Shown: positions 50,791 through 62,254, counted from the first letter of the stretch. The stretch is 64,000 nt of DNA from an uncultured cyanobacterium (GCA_963719515.1 CAVRCJ010000001.1:223153-287152), one strand, 5' to 3'. The notes: generated by a model not told the origin, from the sequence alone. Program-made: numbers and translations.

Positions 50791-52680
50791 TTATGATCTA
50801 AGATCATTTGCACGACAACGAAGCCCTTCTACTGCATCAATAATTGTCTTTTGCACCTCACTGCTACCAACACGGATTGCTAGAGCAACAAGGTTTTGGT
50901 ATTTGTCAAGCCAGCCTTCCCATTCTTTGACATATCCCTCATAAGCATCCTCGTAGTCATGTAGAAGTTTACCTGCATGGCTTTGTTTGGCAAAATTAAT
51001 ATGTTGGTTGGATATATCTACAGCTGCTTTGCTACACCTATCGAGAGCCTCTAGCTTTTGCTGCGCTGCATCTTTGAGTATGGTATTACTTTGTGTAAGA
51101 TTAGTTGCATTACCAGAATCAAAGTCTAATTCGACTTCTCCGAGAGGCATTTGAATCGTAGCCTTCTCAAACATCGGTAATCCGATACTGCGATGCAGCC
51201 ACTCAAAGGGGAGTACTTTCTCAAGAAAAACACGGTGCTTTTGGGGCCTGAGATAAGAAATTAAGTTGTCGTCAAACTCGTAGTCAGTCCTATTACTTGG
51301 AATTTCAGGAATTGAAACCTCATCACGAATACCGAACCGCTCTTCAATCTCTTCAACCCTCACTTTCACTCGAGCAGCAACTGCGTCTGTCCTCTTTTCG
51401 AACACGATTCTCACACCTTCTTCGAGATTGGCCAAGTAGTTCTCTACTTTCTTATTAACAACTTGAGTCCCATACTCCTGAATATGCTGGAATAGCCGAT
51501 TCATGTAGCTCGCAGGTAGTTCCGATGGATTTGGGAAGGGTAAAGCAAGGTCACGAGGTTGAATTTTGGGGTACTGAAGGGCTTTGACAACCCCTTCATA
51601 TAGATGCAATTCCTTTATTTCTTTTGCATGTGCAGGGAGTTCCACTTGTGACAACTGAATGAGTCGTTCACACAACTTGAGAAGTACTTCTCGATCCTTT
51701 CTACATAGGACACCCAATGCGGAAAGAGAGTCAGCGACGCGCTCAAATGAGCCAGCCGCAGCAAAAACTCTGCTGTTGCCTGAGATGACTACAAAATCAC
51801 GAAGAATCTGAGTGAACTCGTACTTATCCTGCCACTTATTTAGAACTGAGCGGGCGGAGACTGCATATATACGAGCATCATTTGCATTTGCCCCACGATT
51901 TTGAAGCTTTTGAACAAATTTACGTTTCAGCTTCTCAAAATACTCAAGTGATGGATCTTCATCAGCCTTATTCACTATAAATATCGTAGACTTTAGGCGA
52001 TTTTGAAAGCAATCCGCCAATCCATCGAGACCTCCACTGCCTCTGATTTCAACCGAGTCAGAGTTGTTAAGGAGCACCAATGCGAGATCAGCTTTCTGTG
52101 TCGAGTATCTTTCAGCGAGTAACTGCTGGCGTTTGTTGCCCAAAGTGAATCCTGGAACATCTGCAAGATCGATACGCCGTAGGATATCTGTGGGAACACC
52201 CACAGTCACACCTTTGAGACGCTTAATATTATCACGGTTATACTCCTCATCAAGAAGGCTACGGAGATGCCTTTTTAGTTCAGAAGGATCAAGCCCTTCC
52301 AAGTGTATGGCGTGCTGTGGAATTTCTGAGGTTACTTTGAGCTCGTGCTCTCTAGAGAAACTAACTACTGCGGGAAAAGTTGTGCATGCCTCAACAGGTC
52401 CTTCGGGAAGCAAATTGTAGCCAAGTATTGCATTGATGAAGCTAGACTTACCGCCACCTCTGCCTCCAACAATTGCGACTAAAATCCGGCCATCAGCAAC
52501 ACGCTGAGCAGCTTCCTTTAAATCAGAAACGATTATGTCAGCTGCTGCTAATGTTGCCTTTGGCAAGCCCTCTGGAAGAATACTGCGGAAGAGTTCCTCG
52601 ATTTCGTGGGTTGCTGATTCAATTGTGCCAATAGCGCGCTCTTCTCTTTCTCTTTCTGTAAACTTTTGTGGTTGAGACAT
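50791..52680 (-). CDS. dynamin-like large GTPase
   Basis: G1 VGGRGGGKSSFINAILG, G3 LADVPGF, G4 IVNKADE, and a ~400 aa helical C-terminal region; AT-rich. Confidence 0.7.
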   Translation of the reverse strand: MSQPQKFTEREREERAIGTIESATHEIEELFRSILPEGLPKATLAAADIIVSDLKEAAQRVADGRILVAIVGGRGGGKSSFINAILGYNLLPEGPVEACTTFPAVVSFSREHELKVTSEIPQHAIHLEGLDPSELKRHLRSLLDEEYNRDNIKRLKGVTVGVPTDILRRIDLADVPGFTLGNKRQQLLAERYSTQKADLALVLLNNSDSVEIRGSGGLDGLADCFQNRLKSTIFIVNKADEDPSLEYFEKLKRKFVQKLQNRGANANDARIYAVSARSVLNKWQDKYEFTQILRDFVVISGNSRVFAAAGSFERVADSLSALGVLCRKDREVLLKLCERLIQLSQVELPAHAKEIKELHLYEGVVKALQYPKIQPRDLALPFPNPSELPASYMNRLFQHIQEYGTQVVNKKVENYLANLEEGVRIVFEKRTDAVAARVKVRVEEIEERFGIRDEVSIPEIPSNRTDYEFDDNLISYLRPQKHRVFLEKVLPFEWLHRSIGLPMFEKATIQMPLGEVELDFDSGNATNLTQSNTILKDAAQQKLEALDRCSKAAVDISNQHINFAKQSHAGKLLHDYEDAYEGYVKEWEGWLDKYQNLVALAIRVGSSEVQKTIIDAVEGLRCRANDLRS

Positions 52681-53041
52681 AATGAATGGATTTACTACAT
52701 TCTGTAGCTAGACAGCTAATTTCTAATATGATCTAAATTTTAGGCTCACAAAGTAACACACTGTTACCCTAAGATCGGTCTCTATTAGGTTCTCGTTGGC
52801 GAAAAAACGCTAGATCTAGATGCATCCAGTGATTTAACATAAGCAGCCTGGGGTAAATAAACCAAGGTAGAAATGGCTGGAACCCCTGTTCTGACGTCAT
52901 CCCTACCTCGAATTAATTATCCGTACCTACTTACTGGAATCTTAACATTATCGGATAGTGGTATAAACGTTCTATAAAGAACCCACGCGCAGCTTTGTTT
53001 ACTCAGTCTCTGCAAATACAAAGTGGAAGGACTTTCATTCT

Positions 53042-53128
53042 GCATAACGTTCCGGTTGAGCGGCACAGAGCGACCTAAACGATAGACGAAAAAACTCTCA
53101 ACTGTCCGCTCCAACCGGGTTGTTATGC
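53042..53128. repeat. attC-like imperfect palindrome (GCATAACgttccggttGAGCGG ... CCGCTCcaaccgggttGTTATGC) overlapping the stop codon of the upstream gene
   Basis: The 7-bp outer cores are exact reverse complements. The stop codon of ORF 53123-54256 lies inside the GTTATGC core. Confidence 0.5.
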
Positions 53129-54256
53129 ATGGTTTCTACGTCTAATTTCGTCTATCAAACTCATTTTCGCTAGTTCTTCATAACTGTCTATTGAATGCAA
53201 AAATGCAATGTTCTTGTTATTAGATTTATCTATCAAATCCATAAGAGCATTAGCATTGTTCAACTGCCTTTCAGATAATGATTCAAAATCACCGACTATA
53301 TTTTCTCTTGTATTAGTATTTATATAGCTGAAAAGCTTGCCCATTAAACCAACAAAAACATCTGAAGCCTGAACAAACAAATTGCTTTGCGAATCAATAA
53401 AAGAATAATTTTTTATCTCTTGGTTATTATCGATGATCGTATATTTTGAAATAATTTCCGAAATACTCACCTCATTATCAAAAATGTGCCCTGAATTCTT
53501 AAATAAATATATAGGCCTTAGATAAAATTGCGAAAAATTCTCTATTAAGATATGGTCTTCTTCATCCATTATGAATGGAAGCGAGTTATTTTTCTTTGCT
53601 TCTTTAAGTATCTGACTAAGGGATTCTAATCCAAAATGAAATTCTTGCGTGTCAATGTATTCGTCAAATATTGAAGTTAGTTCTTTAATAAATTCTAAAA
53701 CTGATTCCTTTTTAAGGTTAGGATAACCAGAATTGTAAAACAGTTCAGTCACCAAGCCGATTTCAAGTCTCGCAAGTTTGTACAGATCATTCTTTAGATG
53801 ATTTGAGAAACCTATCCCTAACTGCATTGCTGTTTCTGAGTTTGCAATTGCAGAATCAACTATGTCAGCAATAGACCAGTAAAGAATATTTAGGCTCGAA
53901 TAGTGAATGTATAAATCATGCTCTAAGAGGCATCTCAAAAAGATATTCAGCTTTTCAGATTTTAAGCAATCGAGAAATTCACCCTTAGCAATGTGCTTGA
54001 GCTTTACTTCTACAATATTCTTTTGTAGGTTAAGCTTATCAAACAAAGGTTTAATGTCAGGTTGGTTTCCTTCATAAACCAAACCGCCTAAAACAAAATT
54101 TAAATTAAAAGAAGAATTGAAGTTTTCCCCCCTCACATAGAACTTTCTAATATTATTCGTTTCGTCATAATAAAAAATGAAAGAACCGTCAAAGTTTGCT
54201 GTCGGTGCAAGCATTTTAGCCATACTTCTAACATCGCTGACATCAAAATCGATCAT
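53123..54256 (-). CDS. hypothetical protein, DUF3800-like N-terminus (Abi-like, family uncertain)
   Basis: N-terminal FIFYYDETNNIRKFY resembles the DUF3800 IFYiDESG start. Very AT-rich and Asn/Ile/Lys-rich. Confidence 0.4.
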   Translation of the reverse strand: MIDFDVSDVRSMAKMLAPTANFDGSFIFYYDETNNIRKFYVRGENFNSSFNLNFVLGGLVYEGNQPDIKPLFDKLNLQKNIVEVKLKHIAKGEFLDCLKSEKLNIFLRCLLEHDLYIHYSSLNILYWSIADIVDSAIANSETAMQLGIGFSNHLKNDLYKLARLEIGLVTELFYNSGYPNLKKESVLEFIKELTSIFDEYIDTQEFHFGLESLSQILKEAKKNNSLPFIMDEEDHILIENFSQFYLRPIYLFKNSGHIFDNEVSISEIISKYTIIDNNQEIKNYSFIDSQSNLFVQASDVFVGLMGKLFSYINTNTRENIVGDFESLSERQLNNANALMDLIDKSNNKNIAFLHSIDSYEELAKMSLIDEIRRRNHA

Positions 54257-54289
54257 TTTCTATCTCTTTCCAATACCTTTCCATACGAC

Positions 54290-54345
54290 GCATAACGTCG
54301 AAGCTGAACCGGACCGCCGACTTGGCCGTCGCCGGACGGTTAAGA
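54290..54345. repeat. short attC-like palindrome (GCATAACgtcgaagctgaaCCGGaCCGCC ... GGCGGtCCGGacgGTTAAGA)
   Basis: The left half is alignable with the left half of the 50549 site. It lies between the first cassette ORF and the attI-like array. Confidence 0.35.
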
Positions 54346-54430
54346 GGCGGTGTCTGTTCCAGCGAAGTGTTGTGTTGGCGCTCTCGCTAACAGGGTTCCC
54401 GAGCGGCAACATATAGCCTGCGTCGACACA

Positions 54431-54660
54431 ACTATATATTCAACGTCAGATCTGACGGATAACACCCCACTTCCCAGATTTTATCAGGCATATCTGCTGG
54501 ATAACACCCTACTTCCCGTGATTATCCGCCGCATTTGACATCTAACCTCGGAAATTCAGGGTGTTATCCGTTACTTTTGCTAGATAACCCTGGTATCTAG
54601 AGTGTTATCCATCGCTTTTGCTGGATAACACCACCATATCGGGCGTTATCCAGGAGTTAA
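54431..54660. repeat. attI-like array: six GGATAACACCC-type repeats (direct and inverted), homologous to 32791-33020
   Basis: Shared left border caactatatattcaacgtcagatctgacggataacaccc. Confidence 0.6.
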
Positions 54661-54662
54661 TT

Positions 54663-54746
54663 ATGCCACCATCACAATCGCCCCGTCTGCTTGACCAGGT
54701 AAGACAAGTCCTTCGTACAAAGCGTTACAGCCTCAAAAAAGCCTGA
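54663..54746 (+). pseudogene. integron-integrase-like tyrosine recombinase N-terminal remnant (27 codons)
   Basis: MPPSQSPRLLDQVRQVLRTKRYSLKKA* is the best-preserved copy of the IntI-type N-terminal ..LRLKHYSLRTE. Confidence 0.5.
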
Positions 54747-54835
54747 GTCTTCGTAATTGCTGGCCAAAGGCCAATTCCTATTCATCTGCACAAGTTTGCT
54801 TCATTACGTGCAGCGATCGCCCCACAGCAGAACTC

Positions 54836-55045
54836 TCAAGCAATTCAGCAGAACTGCCGAGTCGGTTTACAGAACTGCTGAGCAGCATTTTAGAACTGCC
54901 GAGCAAGATCCCAGAACTGCTGAGCAAATTAGCAGCACTAGCCAGCAGCCCTGTTCAACTCAGCAGCAGCTCAACAGAACTCCAAAGCAGCAATTTAGAA
55001 CTGTTGAGCAAGTTAGCAGCACTCCCGAGCCGCGATCGCCCCCCT
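54836..55045. repeat. ~10 tandem 21-bp repeats (cagaactgc.gagca......), homologous to 33160-33365
   Basis: Periodicity visible. The reading frame differs from copy 1. Confidence 0.6.
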
Positions 55046-55316
55046 GGGCAAAAACCACCCCTACCCTCTTGCCAACCTGCGCACAAATGTCCTACCTTAT
55101 GGAGCTAAGAGCCGTCCACGGTTCTAGTCTCCCAAAGATTCGGTCTGGGCGGAGCCGCATGTTGTGACACCAACATGCAGCCCCTAAGCCCCCACGACAG
55201 GCATGGGCTGTCGGGACGCCTGGAGTACATGTTACCCGGTCATCCCACCTCCCAAAAACGTCGCGGATGTCCGGTCGGCGGGGGACTCCAACACAATTCA
55301 CAAAATGGAGTCCCTC

Positions 55317-55691
55317 ATGACAACTCAATATCTTTCGCTGCCCTGCGGGTCGGCACAGTTTGCAGCGGCCCAAAACCCCGCTGCGGACCAGTCAGCGCTG
55401 CGGCTAGACTCGCCCCTAGAAGCTGAACCTGCTATCCCCACGCTAGTCGAGCCTTCCCCAGCTCCGGGGTGCGTTGGCCCTTCAGGGCCAGTCGAAGACT
55501 CACACCTAAGGCACATCATCGTTGGCTCCCCCGAAGGCGTTCGCCACGCCATCAACCGGCTGCATGTGCTGCAGTACGTTGAGTGGCGTCTGTGGACACC
55601 CCTAATCGCCATCGGTGAGCAGGGCCTCCATATCACCCCCGCCCAAGGGCAAGTGCTCAGCTACCTCGTGCAGCAGCGCCCCATCCGATAG
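55317..55691 (+). CDS. conserved hypothetical protein, module copy 3 (124 aa, most divergent copy)
   Basis: ...SHLRHIIVGSPEGVRHAINRLHVLQYVEWRLWTPLIAIGEQGLHITPAQGQVLSYLVQQRPIR; same leader and hairpin (55157-55178). Confidence 0.6.
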   Translation: MTTQYLSLPCGSAQFAAAQNPAADQSALRLDSPLEAEPAIPTLVEPSPAPGCVGPSGPVEDSHLRHIIVGSPEGVRHAINRLHVLQYVEWRLWTPLIAIGEQGLHITPAQGQVLSYLVQQRPIR

Positions 55692-55818
55692 TCGCCCCTA
55701 AAGCGATCGCCCCCCAGGTGCTGACCATGAGGGGCGATCGCCTATTTCAACAAGCTGTGCCGCGAGCTAGTCTGGCACGCCAAACGTAGCTTTTGCCATC
55801 GCGACAGAGAAGAGTGGG

Positions 55819-58800
55819 TTACTCCACCCCCTCAATCCGGTTCTCCACCTCCTCATACAGCTCCTGCAGCCGCGCCAGGTTCTCATCACTGGTCTCCCAG
55901 TAGCCCCGGCCATTGGCCTCCAGCAGCGTCGTCACCATGCGGCGGAACGAGTTGGGGTTGAGGTCCATCAGCCGCTTCTGCATCGCCTCATCCTTAATAA
56001 AGGTGTCGTTGGCGTCCTCATAGACGAAGTTGTCCACCGCGTCCGCCGTCGCCGACCAGCCCATGGTGTTCACCATCCGCTTCGACAGCTCCCGCACGCC
56101 TTCGTAGCCGTGGTTGAGCATGCCCTCATACCACTTGGGGTTGAGCAGCTTGGTGCGGGCGTCTAGGCGCACCGTCTCCGACAGGGTGCGCACCTGGGCG
56201 TTGGCGGTGGTGGTGTCGGCAATGTAGGCGGCGGGCTTTTTGCCGTCTGCCCGCAGGCTAGCCACCACCTTGGTGGGGTCGGAGTCAAAGTAGTGGGAGA
56301 CGTCGGTGAGGGAGATTTCCGAGGAGTCCAGGTTTTGGAAGGTGGCGTCCACGGTTTTGAGGGCCGTCTCCAGCACGCCGCGAGACTCGTCCATCACGCC
56401 GGGGTTGTCGGAGTTGAAGGCGAAGGATTTGCGCTTTAGGTACATTTCCTGCAGCTCCTGCTCCTCTTCCCAGGTGCTGTTTTCCACCGCCAGGCTGATG
56501 TTAGCGGAGTAAGAGCCCGAGGCATTGGAGAAAACGCGGGTCGCGGCCTGACGCAGGTTGACCCCCATATCTTCCGCCTGCTTCAGTGCATGCTTGCGGA
56601 CAAAGTTCATCTCTAGGGGCTCCACGGCTTCTGCCGCCATCTTCACGCCCTTGTCCAGCAGCGCCATTTGGTTAATGAACAGGTCTCGGAACACCCCGGA
56701 GCAGTTGACCACCACGTCCACGCGGGGGCGACCCAGCTCCTCTAGGGGAATCAGCTCTAGCTTGTTCACCCGGCCCAGGGAGTCGGGCACGGGGCGCACG
56801 CCCACCAGCATCATCACCTGGGCCAAAGATTCGCCGTAGGTCTTGATGTTGTCGGTGCCCCAAAGGACGAAGGCAATGGTCTCGGGGTATTTGCCGTCGT
56901 TCTCTTGCTTTTGTCGCTCCAGCAGCCGCTCTACTACGACTTTGGCCGACTGTACCGCCGCCGTGGTGGGAATGGACTGCGGGTCTAGGGCGTGGATATT
57001 TTTGCCCGTAGGCAGCACCGCCGGGTTGCGGATGGGGTCGCCGCCGGGGCCGGGGAGCACGTAGCGCCCCTCTAAACCTTGCAGCAGAGCGCCCAGCTCG
57101 TTGTCGGCCACCACCTGCTTCAGGCAGAACTCCAGGAACTCCAGCAGCGGCTTCAGGTCGTCGGCGCTGACGTTGGGGTAGCCCGACTGGTGCAGAGACT
57201 CCATCCAAGGCGCTTTACGGCCCATATTAAGGAAGTTGAGCTTCGTCACCTTGGAGACCCGGCCCTCGGCGTCGGTCTGCTCTTTCACCATGGCGGCGAT
57301 CGCCTTGCGCACCGCTTCGCTGACGTCGTTGAGCAGCTGCACGTCGTCCAGCGCGCCGCGATCGCTGTTGAGGTAGATCTCTTCGATATCTCGGCCTAGA
57401 CTCTCGGCGATGATGCGGGGCATGCTCTTCATGCCTTCCTCCTGGCGGTCCAGCCCGGCGATGTTTACCAGGGTGGCGATCGCCTCTGTGGCGGTGGGGG
57501 GCTCGCCGATCACATGTAGGCCGCAGGGCAGCAGCCGCGACTCGATTTCCATCAGCTTGATGTACACCTTGCCCACCAGGGTGTCACGGTCTTCGCTAGA
57601 GAGCGTCTTGACGTCCTCCGGCAGCGTGATGTCCTTATCCAGGTTCACCAACCGGCTCTTTTCGACGATGGCGGCGGCGATCGCCTCTCCCCGTCCGGTG
57701 TCCTTGAGGGTTTGGTAGGAGCCGATGAGGTCGCTCAGCTCTTTGAGCCCCTTGTACAGGCCCGCGTTCTCCGCCGGGGGGGTCAGGTAGCTGATGGTCT
57801 CCGCATAGGAGCGCCGCTTGGCGATGGTGGCCTCGGAAGGGTTGTTGGCCGCGTAGTAGTAGAGGTTAGGGGTGCTGCCGATCAGGCTGTCGGGGTAGCA
57901 GTCCCCAGACATGCCCATCTGCTTACCGGGCATGAACTCCAGGGAGCCGTGGGTGCCAAAGTGCAGTACCGCGTCCGCCTTCCAGATTTTTTCTAGATAG
58001 GTGTAGTAGGCGGCGAAGCCGTGGTGAGGGCTGGCGGAGCGGGAGAACAGCAGCCGCATGGGGTCACCCTCGTAGCCGAAGGTGGGCTGCACGCCGATGA
58101 ACAGGTTGCCGAAATGCTTGCCGTAGACAAGCAGGTTTTGGCCATCGCTATTCAGGTTGCCGGGGGCCGGTCCCCAGTTCTCCTCTAGCTTTTTGGAGTA
58201 GGGCGTCAGCCGCTCATACTCGGGCACCGACATCCGGTAGGCCACGTTGAGCTCGGGGCTGTTGTACTGAGCCTGGGCGTCGTGAATGACCTCCAGCATC
58301 AGCGCTTCGGCAGACTCGGGCAGTTCGGGAACGTCGTAGCCGTTGTTCTTCAGGGCTTCCATCACCCGGTAGATGGAGCCGAATACGTCTAGGTAGGCGG
58401 CGGTGCCTACGTTGCCTTTGTCCGGCGGGAAGCTAAAGACCGTAATGGCTACCTTCTTTTGCAGCTTGGACAACCGCCGCAGGTTGGCCCACTTTAGGGC
58501 CCGCTGCGAAATCGCCTCCACGCGGTCCTGGAGGGCGATCGCCTTGCCGGTGCTGCCGTCGCGGCCCGACAGGATAATCGGCTCAATAGCGCCGTCTAGC
58601 TCGGGGATGGCGATCTGCAGCGCCACCTGAATAGGGTGCAGGCCGAGTTCGCTGCCCTCCCACTCTTCGGTAGTTTGAAACACCAGGGGCAGGGCCACCA
58701 TGTAGGGGCAGTCCAGCCGCTTCAGGGTGTCGATGGCTTTGGGGTGGTCCTGGCGGGCGGGGCCGCCCACGAGGGCGAAGCCGGTCAGGGAGACTACCGT

Positions 58801-59799
58801 GTCGACGATGGCCCGGTCTTTGAGGAGGGGATCGAAGAAGAAGGCCTCTACCGGCTTAGAGAAATCTAGGCCACCCGAGAACACGGGAATTACCTTGGCT
58901 CCCATGCACTCCAGCTCCTGCACCATGGCCACGTAGTGGGCATCGTCGCCGGTGACCAGGTGGGTGCGCTGCAGCACCAGGCCCACGCAGGGCGCTAGCG
59001 GGTCCTTGAGGTCATCGCCAATGTCGGGGCGAGACTGATGCCAGTTGAGGTACTCCTTGACGTCCTCAAACATGGTGGGGGCCAGGGGGTGCCAGATGCC
59101 GATGTCGGGGTAGGTGACGGGGTCTTGGTAGCCGATGGCGGAGCCGTCGGGGGCCTGGACATTGCCGTAGCGGTCCACCAGCATCAGCAAAAAGTTTTCT
59201 AGGTTCTCCGAGGAGCCCCCCAGCCAGTACTGGAAGCTGAGCATGAAGTTGCGGGCGTCCTGGGCCTTCTCCACAGGCAGGTACTTGAGCACCTTGGGCA
59301 GGGTGCGCAGCAGTTTGAGCATCGCGTCCTGGAAGCTGCTGCCCGAATTCTCCTTGCGCTTCTTCATAAAGGAGGCGATCGCGCTCTTAGACTGGCCCAG
59401 CTGCGCCATGGAGAAGCTGCCCAGCTTGTTGAGGCGCATCACCTGGGGCATGGAGGGAAAGACGATGGCGGCGTCGAGGCGATCGCGGTGGGGCTGCACG
59501 GCTTCGACCACCTTTTCGGCCAGATCTTCAATGAAAATCAGCGAGGCGATGAAGATATTGGCCTTGGCGACATCGTTCTGAAAGGCCTCGTAGTTCTCGG
59601 GGCTGCGCAGCTCTTCGAGGAGGTAGCCGCTGATCTCGATGGCGACGTTGGGATTGTTGAGGTTAATGGAGCGGACGGCTGCCGACAGGGCACTTTGGTA
59701 CTGCGGTTCCAGCACGACATAGACCACATTGATCAGAGCACGTCCCTTGAGATCATCTGGTGCGATATGTCTGACAGTGGGCTTGACGTGGGTAAACAT
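55819..59799 (-). CDS. chlH: magnesium chelatase H subunit (CobN/ChlH family)
   Basis: 1326 aa. The N-terminal [41 protein letters not shown] is typical of ChlH. Long CobN/Mg-chelatase-like body. Confidence 0.85.
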   Translation of the reverse strand: MFTHVKPTVRHIAPDDLKGRALINVVYVVLEPQYQSALSAAVRSINLNNPNVAIEISGYLLEELRSPENYEAFQNDVAKANIFIASLIFIEDLAEKVVEAVQPHRDRLDAAIVFPSMPQVMRLNKLGSFSMAQLGQSKSAIASFMKKRKENSGSSFQDAMLKLLRTLPKVLKYLPVEKAQDARNFMLSFQYWLGGSSENLENFLLMLVDRYGNVQAPDGSAIGYQDPVTYPDIGIWHPLAPTMFEDVKEYLNWHQSRPDIGDDLKDPLAPCVGLVLQRTHLVTGDDAHYVAMVQELECMGAKVIPVFSGGLDFSKPVEAFFFDPLLKDRAIVDTVVSLTGFALVGGPARQDHPKAIDTLKRLDCPYMVALPLVFQTTEEWEGSELGLHPIQVALQIAIPELDGAIEPIILSGRDGSTGKAIALQDRVEAISQRALKWANLRRLSKLQKKVAITVFSFPPDKGNVGTAAYLDVFGSIYRVMEALKNNGYDVPELPESAEALMLEVIHDAQAQYNSPELNVAYRMSVPEYERLTPYSKKLEENWGPAPGNLNSDGQNLLVYGKHFGNLFIGVQPTFGYEGDPMRLLFSRSASPHHGFAAYYTYLEKIWKADAVLHFGTHGSLEFMPGKQMGMSGDCYPDSLIGSTPNLYYYAANNPSEATIAKRRSYAETISYLTPPAENAGLYKGLKELSDLIGSYQTLKDTGRGEAIAAAIVEKSRLVNLDKDITLPEDVKTLSSEDRDTLVGKVYIKLMEIESRLLPCGLHVIGEPPTATEAIATLVNIAGLDRQEEGMKSMPRIIAESLGRDIEEIYLNSDRGALDDVQLLNDVSEAVRKAIAAMVKEQTDAEGRVSKVTKLNFLNMGRKAPWMESLHQSGYPNVSADDLKPLLEFLEFCLKQVVADNELGALLQGLEGRYVLPGPGGDPIRNPAVLPTGKNIHALDPQSIPTTAAVQSAKVVVERLLERQKQENDGKYPETIAFVLWGTDNIKTYGESLAQVMMLVGVRPVPDSLGRVNKLELIPLEELGRPRVDVVVNCSGVFRDLFINQMALLDKGVKMAAEAVEPLEMNFVRKHALKQAEDMGVNLRQAATRVFSNASGSYSANISLAVENSTWEEEQELQEMYLKRKSFAFNSDNPGVMDESRGVLETALKTVDATFQNLDSSEISLTDVSHYFDSDPTKVVASLRADGKKPAAYIADTTTANAQVRTLSETVRLDARTKLLNPKWYEGMLNHGYEGVRELSKRMVNTMGWSATADAVDNFVYEDANDTFIKDEAMQKRLMDLNPNSFRRMVTTLLEANGRGYWETSDENLARLQELYEEVENRIEGVE

Positions 59800-60247
59800 T
59801 CAGAAAGTCTCCTCATTACAGGTGCGTAGAATGCGATCGGCGTGAGCCGCTGACGGTTCGCTGAGAGGATGTCGATCACTCTGCTGCTGCTGCGCTAGCC
59901 GAAGCGTCAGCTCGGGCATTCACTTGTTGTTTGTATCAAAAATTCGATGTCAGAATCTCACACCTCGGTTCATCTGACACAATTTGATATAAAAAACGAG
60001 ACACTTTTTCAGAAAAATTAGCCTAATGCAATACAGGCGCTCACGAAATGTATCGTTCTGTGAAGCCCCTTGACGCCGTACCATAGCAAATATCCTGATG
60101 CATTAGGACATTTATGCGTTTTGCCTACACAACGTCTGTTTACACAACGTCAGGCCTTCAGCCGATTCTGGTGCCCTGAGCAACTGAACCAATGCAATAC
60201 ATCAGCAAGCAACCTCTTTCCACTGGTCCCCAACGCCTAAGCCCGCC

Positions 60248-61588
60248 ATGACTGCCGAAAACACCGCCCCTAGCCGCGATGCTTTTATTCCCTGCCGTCG
60301 CCAGGACCTGATTGACCTATGCCTAAAATCCGGCGAGCTAGACGATAGCGCATCTCAGCAGTTTCGAGAATTCTGCGCTCTGCTGTCGGCCCTCTACCAC
60401 TTTCGGTTCCACCGAGTCAGCGAAGAGATCAAGCGGGTCTACGCGCCCTTTGACCCCAATGTTGACGTTGACCCGTCGGTATTGGCCCAAGGCGCGGTCA
60501 AAGACTTCGCAGCGATGAGCGCGACCCTGATTGAGCAGGTGCGCCACTTATTGGAGAAGGCTAACTACAACGAGCTGTCTCAGGGTAGCCTGAGGCGATC
60601 GCTCCAGGCCAAGTCTCTCATAGACCTGCGCACCGAAGTCAACTTTGACGACTTTGCCCAACTGCTCTGCTACTACCGAGGCGACTCATCTACAACGGTG
60701 ACGACGGGGCGCTGGTTTTGGAAGCGGGAGCAGGTTGTTGAGCTGTTTGAGCGGGTTGTGCTTTTAATTCACTTCAAGGATGCAGCCTATTTTGAAGCGG
60801 GCGAGTCCGATAAAGATGCGGCCCTAAGGCGCTTTACCCCTGGCAAAGCCTACGTCTATTTCTACAAACGCATCCCCAAGCACGATATCGAGCTGCTGTT
60901 TCCCAACGTTCAGACCAAGATGACCTGGAAAGATATCGCCATGCTGAGCGTTCCGGCGCTGGGAGCGGCGGTTTCTATTCTCATTAAAGTGCTGCCGCAG
61001 CTTTTGATCGTCGTCAGCGCCATCATGCTGGCGGTGGGGCTCCCGGAAGCGCTGAACTACCTCAACACCAACGAGCGCGAGGTCTACAACCTCATGCCGG
61101 TTCTGATTGCCGTCGGGTCTCTGTGCGCTGCCCTCGGTGGGTTTGCCTACAAGCAGTACAGCTCTTATAAAACCAAAAAGCTCACGTTTCAAAAGACTGT
61201 GACCGACACCCTTTTCTTCCGCAATCTGGCCAATAACGCAGCGGTATTTCAATTGCTAATTGACCTGGCGGAAGAGGAAGAGTGCAAAGAAGTCATTTTG
61301 GTCTACTACCATTTGCTGACCAGCAGCTCGGCGCTGACAGCCGCTGAATTGGACCAGCGAATTGAGGCCTGGATGGCGGAAAACTTGAACGCTGACGTCA
61401 ATTTTGACGTGGCGGATGCGACTCAAAAGTTGACAGACCTGCGGCCTATTCCCGGCGAAGACCTGGAGAGCAGCGAGGTAGCGCTACTGCGATATGACGA
61501 ACAGAGCCGGTGTCATCTACTGCCGCTAGACCAAGCGCTGAGGGTGCTTGACAAACTTTGGGACGACGCCTTTCGCTATGCAATCTAA
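60248..61588 (+). CDS. conserved hypothetical membrane protein (DUF3754-like, uncertain)
   Basis: 446 aa with a central pair of TM helices (ILIKVLPQLLIVVSAIMLAVGL, LMPVLIAVGSLCAALGGFAY). Divergent from chlH. Confidence 0.5.
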   Translation: MTAENTAPSRDAFIPCRRQDLIDLCLKSGELDDSASQQFREFCALLSALYHFRFHRVSEEIKRVYAPFDPNVDVDPSVLAQGAVKDFAAMSATLIEQVRHLLEKANYNELSQGSLRRSLQAKSLIDLRTEVNFDDFAQLLCYYRGDSSTTVTTGRWFWKREQVVELFERVVLLIHFKDAAYFEAGESDKDAALRRFTPGKAYVYFYKRIPKHDIELLFPNVQTKMTWKDIAMLSVPALGAAVSILIKVLPQLLIVVSAIMLAVGLPEALNYLNTNEREVYNLMPVLIAVGSLCAALGGFAYKQYSSYKTKKLTFQKTVTDTLFFRNLANNAAVFQLLIDLAEEEECKEVILVYYHLLTSSSALTAAELDQRIEAWMAENLNADVNFDVADATQKLTDLRPIPGEDLESSEVALLRYDEQSRCHLLPLDQALRVLDKLWDDAFRYAI

Positions 61589-61639
61589 ACGATAAAGCTT
61601 AGATCTAGAGCCATGCCGCGAGCCGCCGCTGTCTTATGA

Positions 61640-61700
61640 GGTCGTAAGTGGCTAGCCATAAGTAAACGGTGTTGGGGTTCGCCCCCCACTGACCGTCGTT
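61640..61700. repeat. second copy of small palindromic element (ccataagtaaacggtgttggggttcgcccccc...cgtcgtttacttatgg)
   Basis: 14-bp terminal inverted repeats. Homologous to 22735-22800. Confidence 0.45.
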
Positions 61701-61846
61701 TACTTATGGACTCCTACTTGCAGCATTTTTCATGCTGGTGGAGTACGGGTGGTAGTGGCGCACCGCGCCACTACCACCCAAATCCGTACCTCACGCGACT
61801 GGAAATCGCTTTATTCGTATGAGGTCGTATAAAGCTGTCTGAATAA

Positions 61847-61894
61847 ACACAGCGCCGCAGAAAATGTTTAGTCTTCTGCGGCGCTGTGTTTTAG
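61847..61894. terminator. bidirectional rho-independent terminator (acacagcgccgcagaa-loop-ttctgcggcgctgtgt followed by T-run)
   Basis: Perfect 16-bp stem with TTTT on the plus strand and TTTATT on the minus strand. It lies between convergent genes 60248-61588 and 61922-62254. Confidence 0.55.
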
Positions 61895-61921
61895 AGGTGT
61901 GAAGAAGCTGCAGTGAGCTAA

Positions 61922-62254
61922 CTACGGAAGGACGTTCTCAAGAACTTCCTTAACGGATTTCTCGACCGACTGCGCTCCCCGTGAATTCTCAGGCGTATTG
62001 GTTTCGCCCTTAGCACCCTGCTGAGCAACGTTTAGGTCGCTAGCGCCAACGCTCTTCTGATCGCTACCATCGGGCAGTGGCTCGCTCTTCAGCGCATCTT
62101 TTGCCTTGTTGTAAACGCCGTCTAGCTGCGCCTCGCCTTCAGTAGGGCTGCTTCCGGAGCTAGCGGTAAGCGCAGCTGCGGGAGCAGCGCTGGAAAACAG
62201 CAGAACTCCGCAGGTAAAGACAGCAATAACAAAACGAATAAATTTCATCGCCAT
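61922..62254 (-). CDS. small secreted hypothetical protein (signal peptide)
   Basis: MAMKFIRFVIAVFTCGVLLFSSAAPAAA is a signal peptide. A low-complexity Ser/Gly/Glu-rich mature part follows. Confidence 0.4.
   Translation of the reverse strand: MAMKFIRFVIAVFTCGVLLFSSAAPAAALTASSGSSPTEGEAQLDGVYNKAKDALKSEPLPDGSDQKSVGASDLNVAQQGAKGETNTPENSRGAQSVEKSVKEVLENVLP

Noticed and set aside
50541-50801. 86-aa plus-strand ORF downstream of the dynamin-like GTPase gene
   Set aside because: It spans the attC-like palindrome and has no motif.
56672-57208. 178-aa Arg/Pro/Gly-rich reverse ORF and several plus-strand ORFs (56306-57996) inside chlH
   Set aside because: These are alternative-frame artefacts within a well-supported 1326-aa chlH reading frame.
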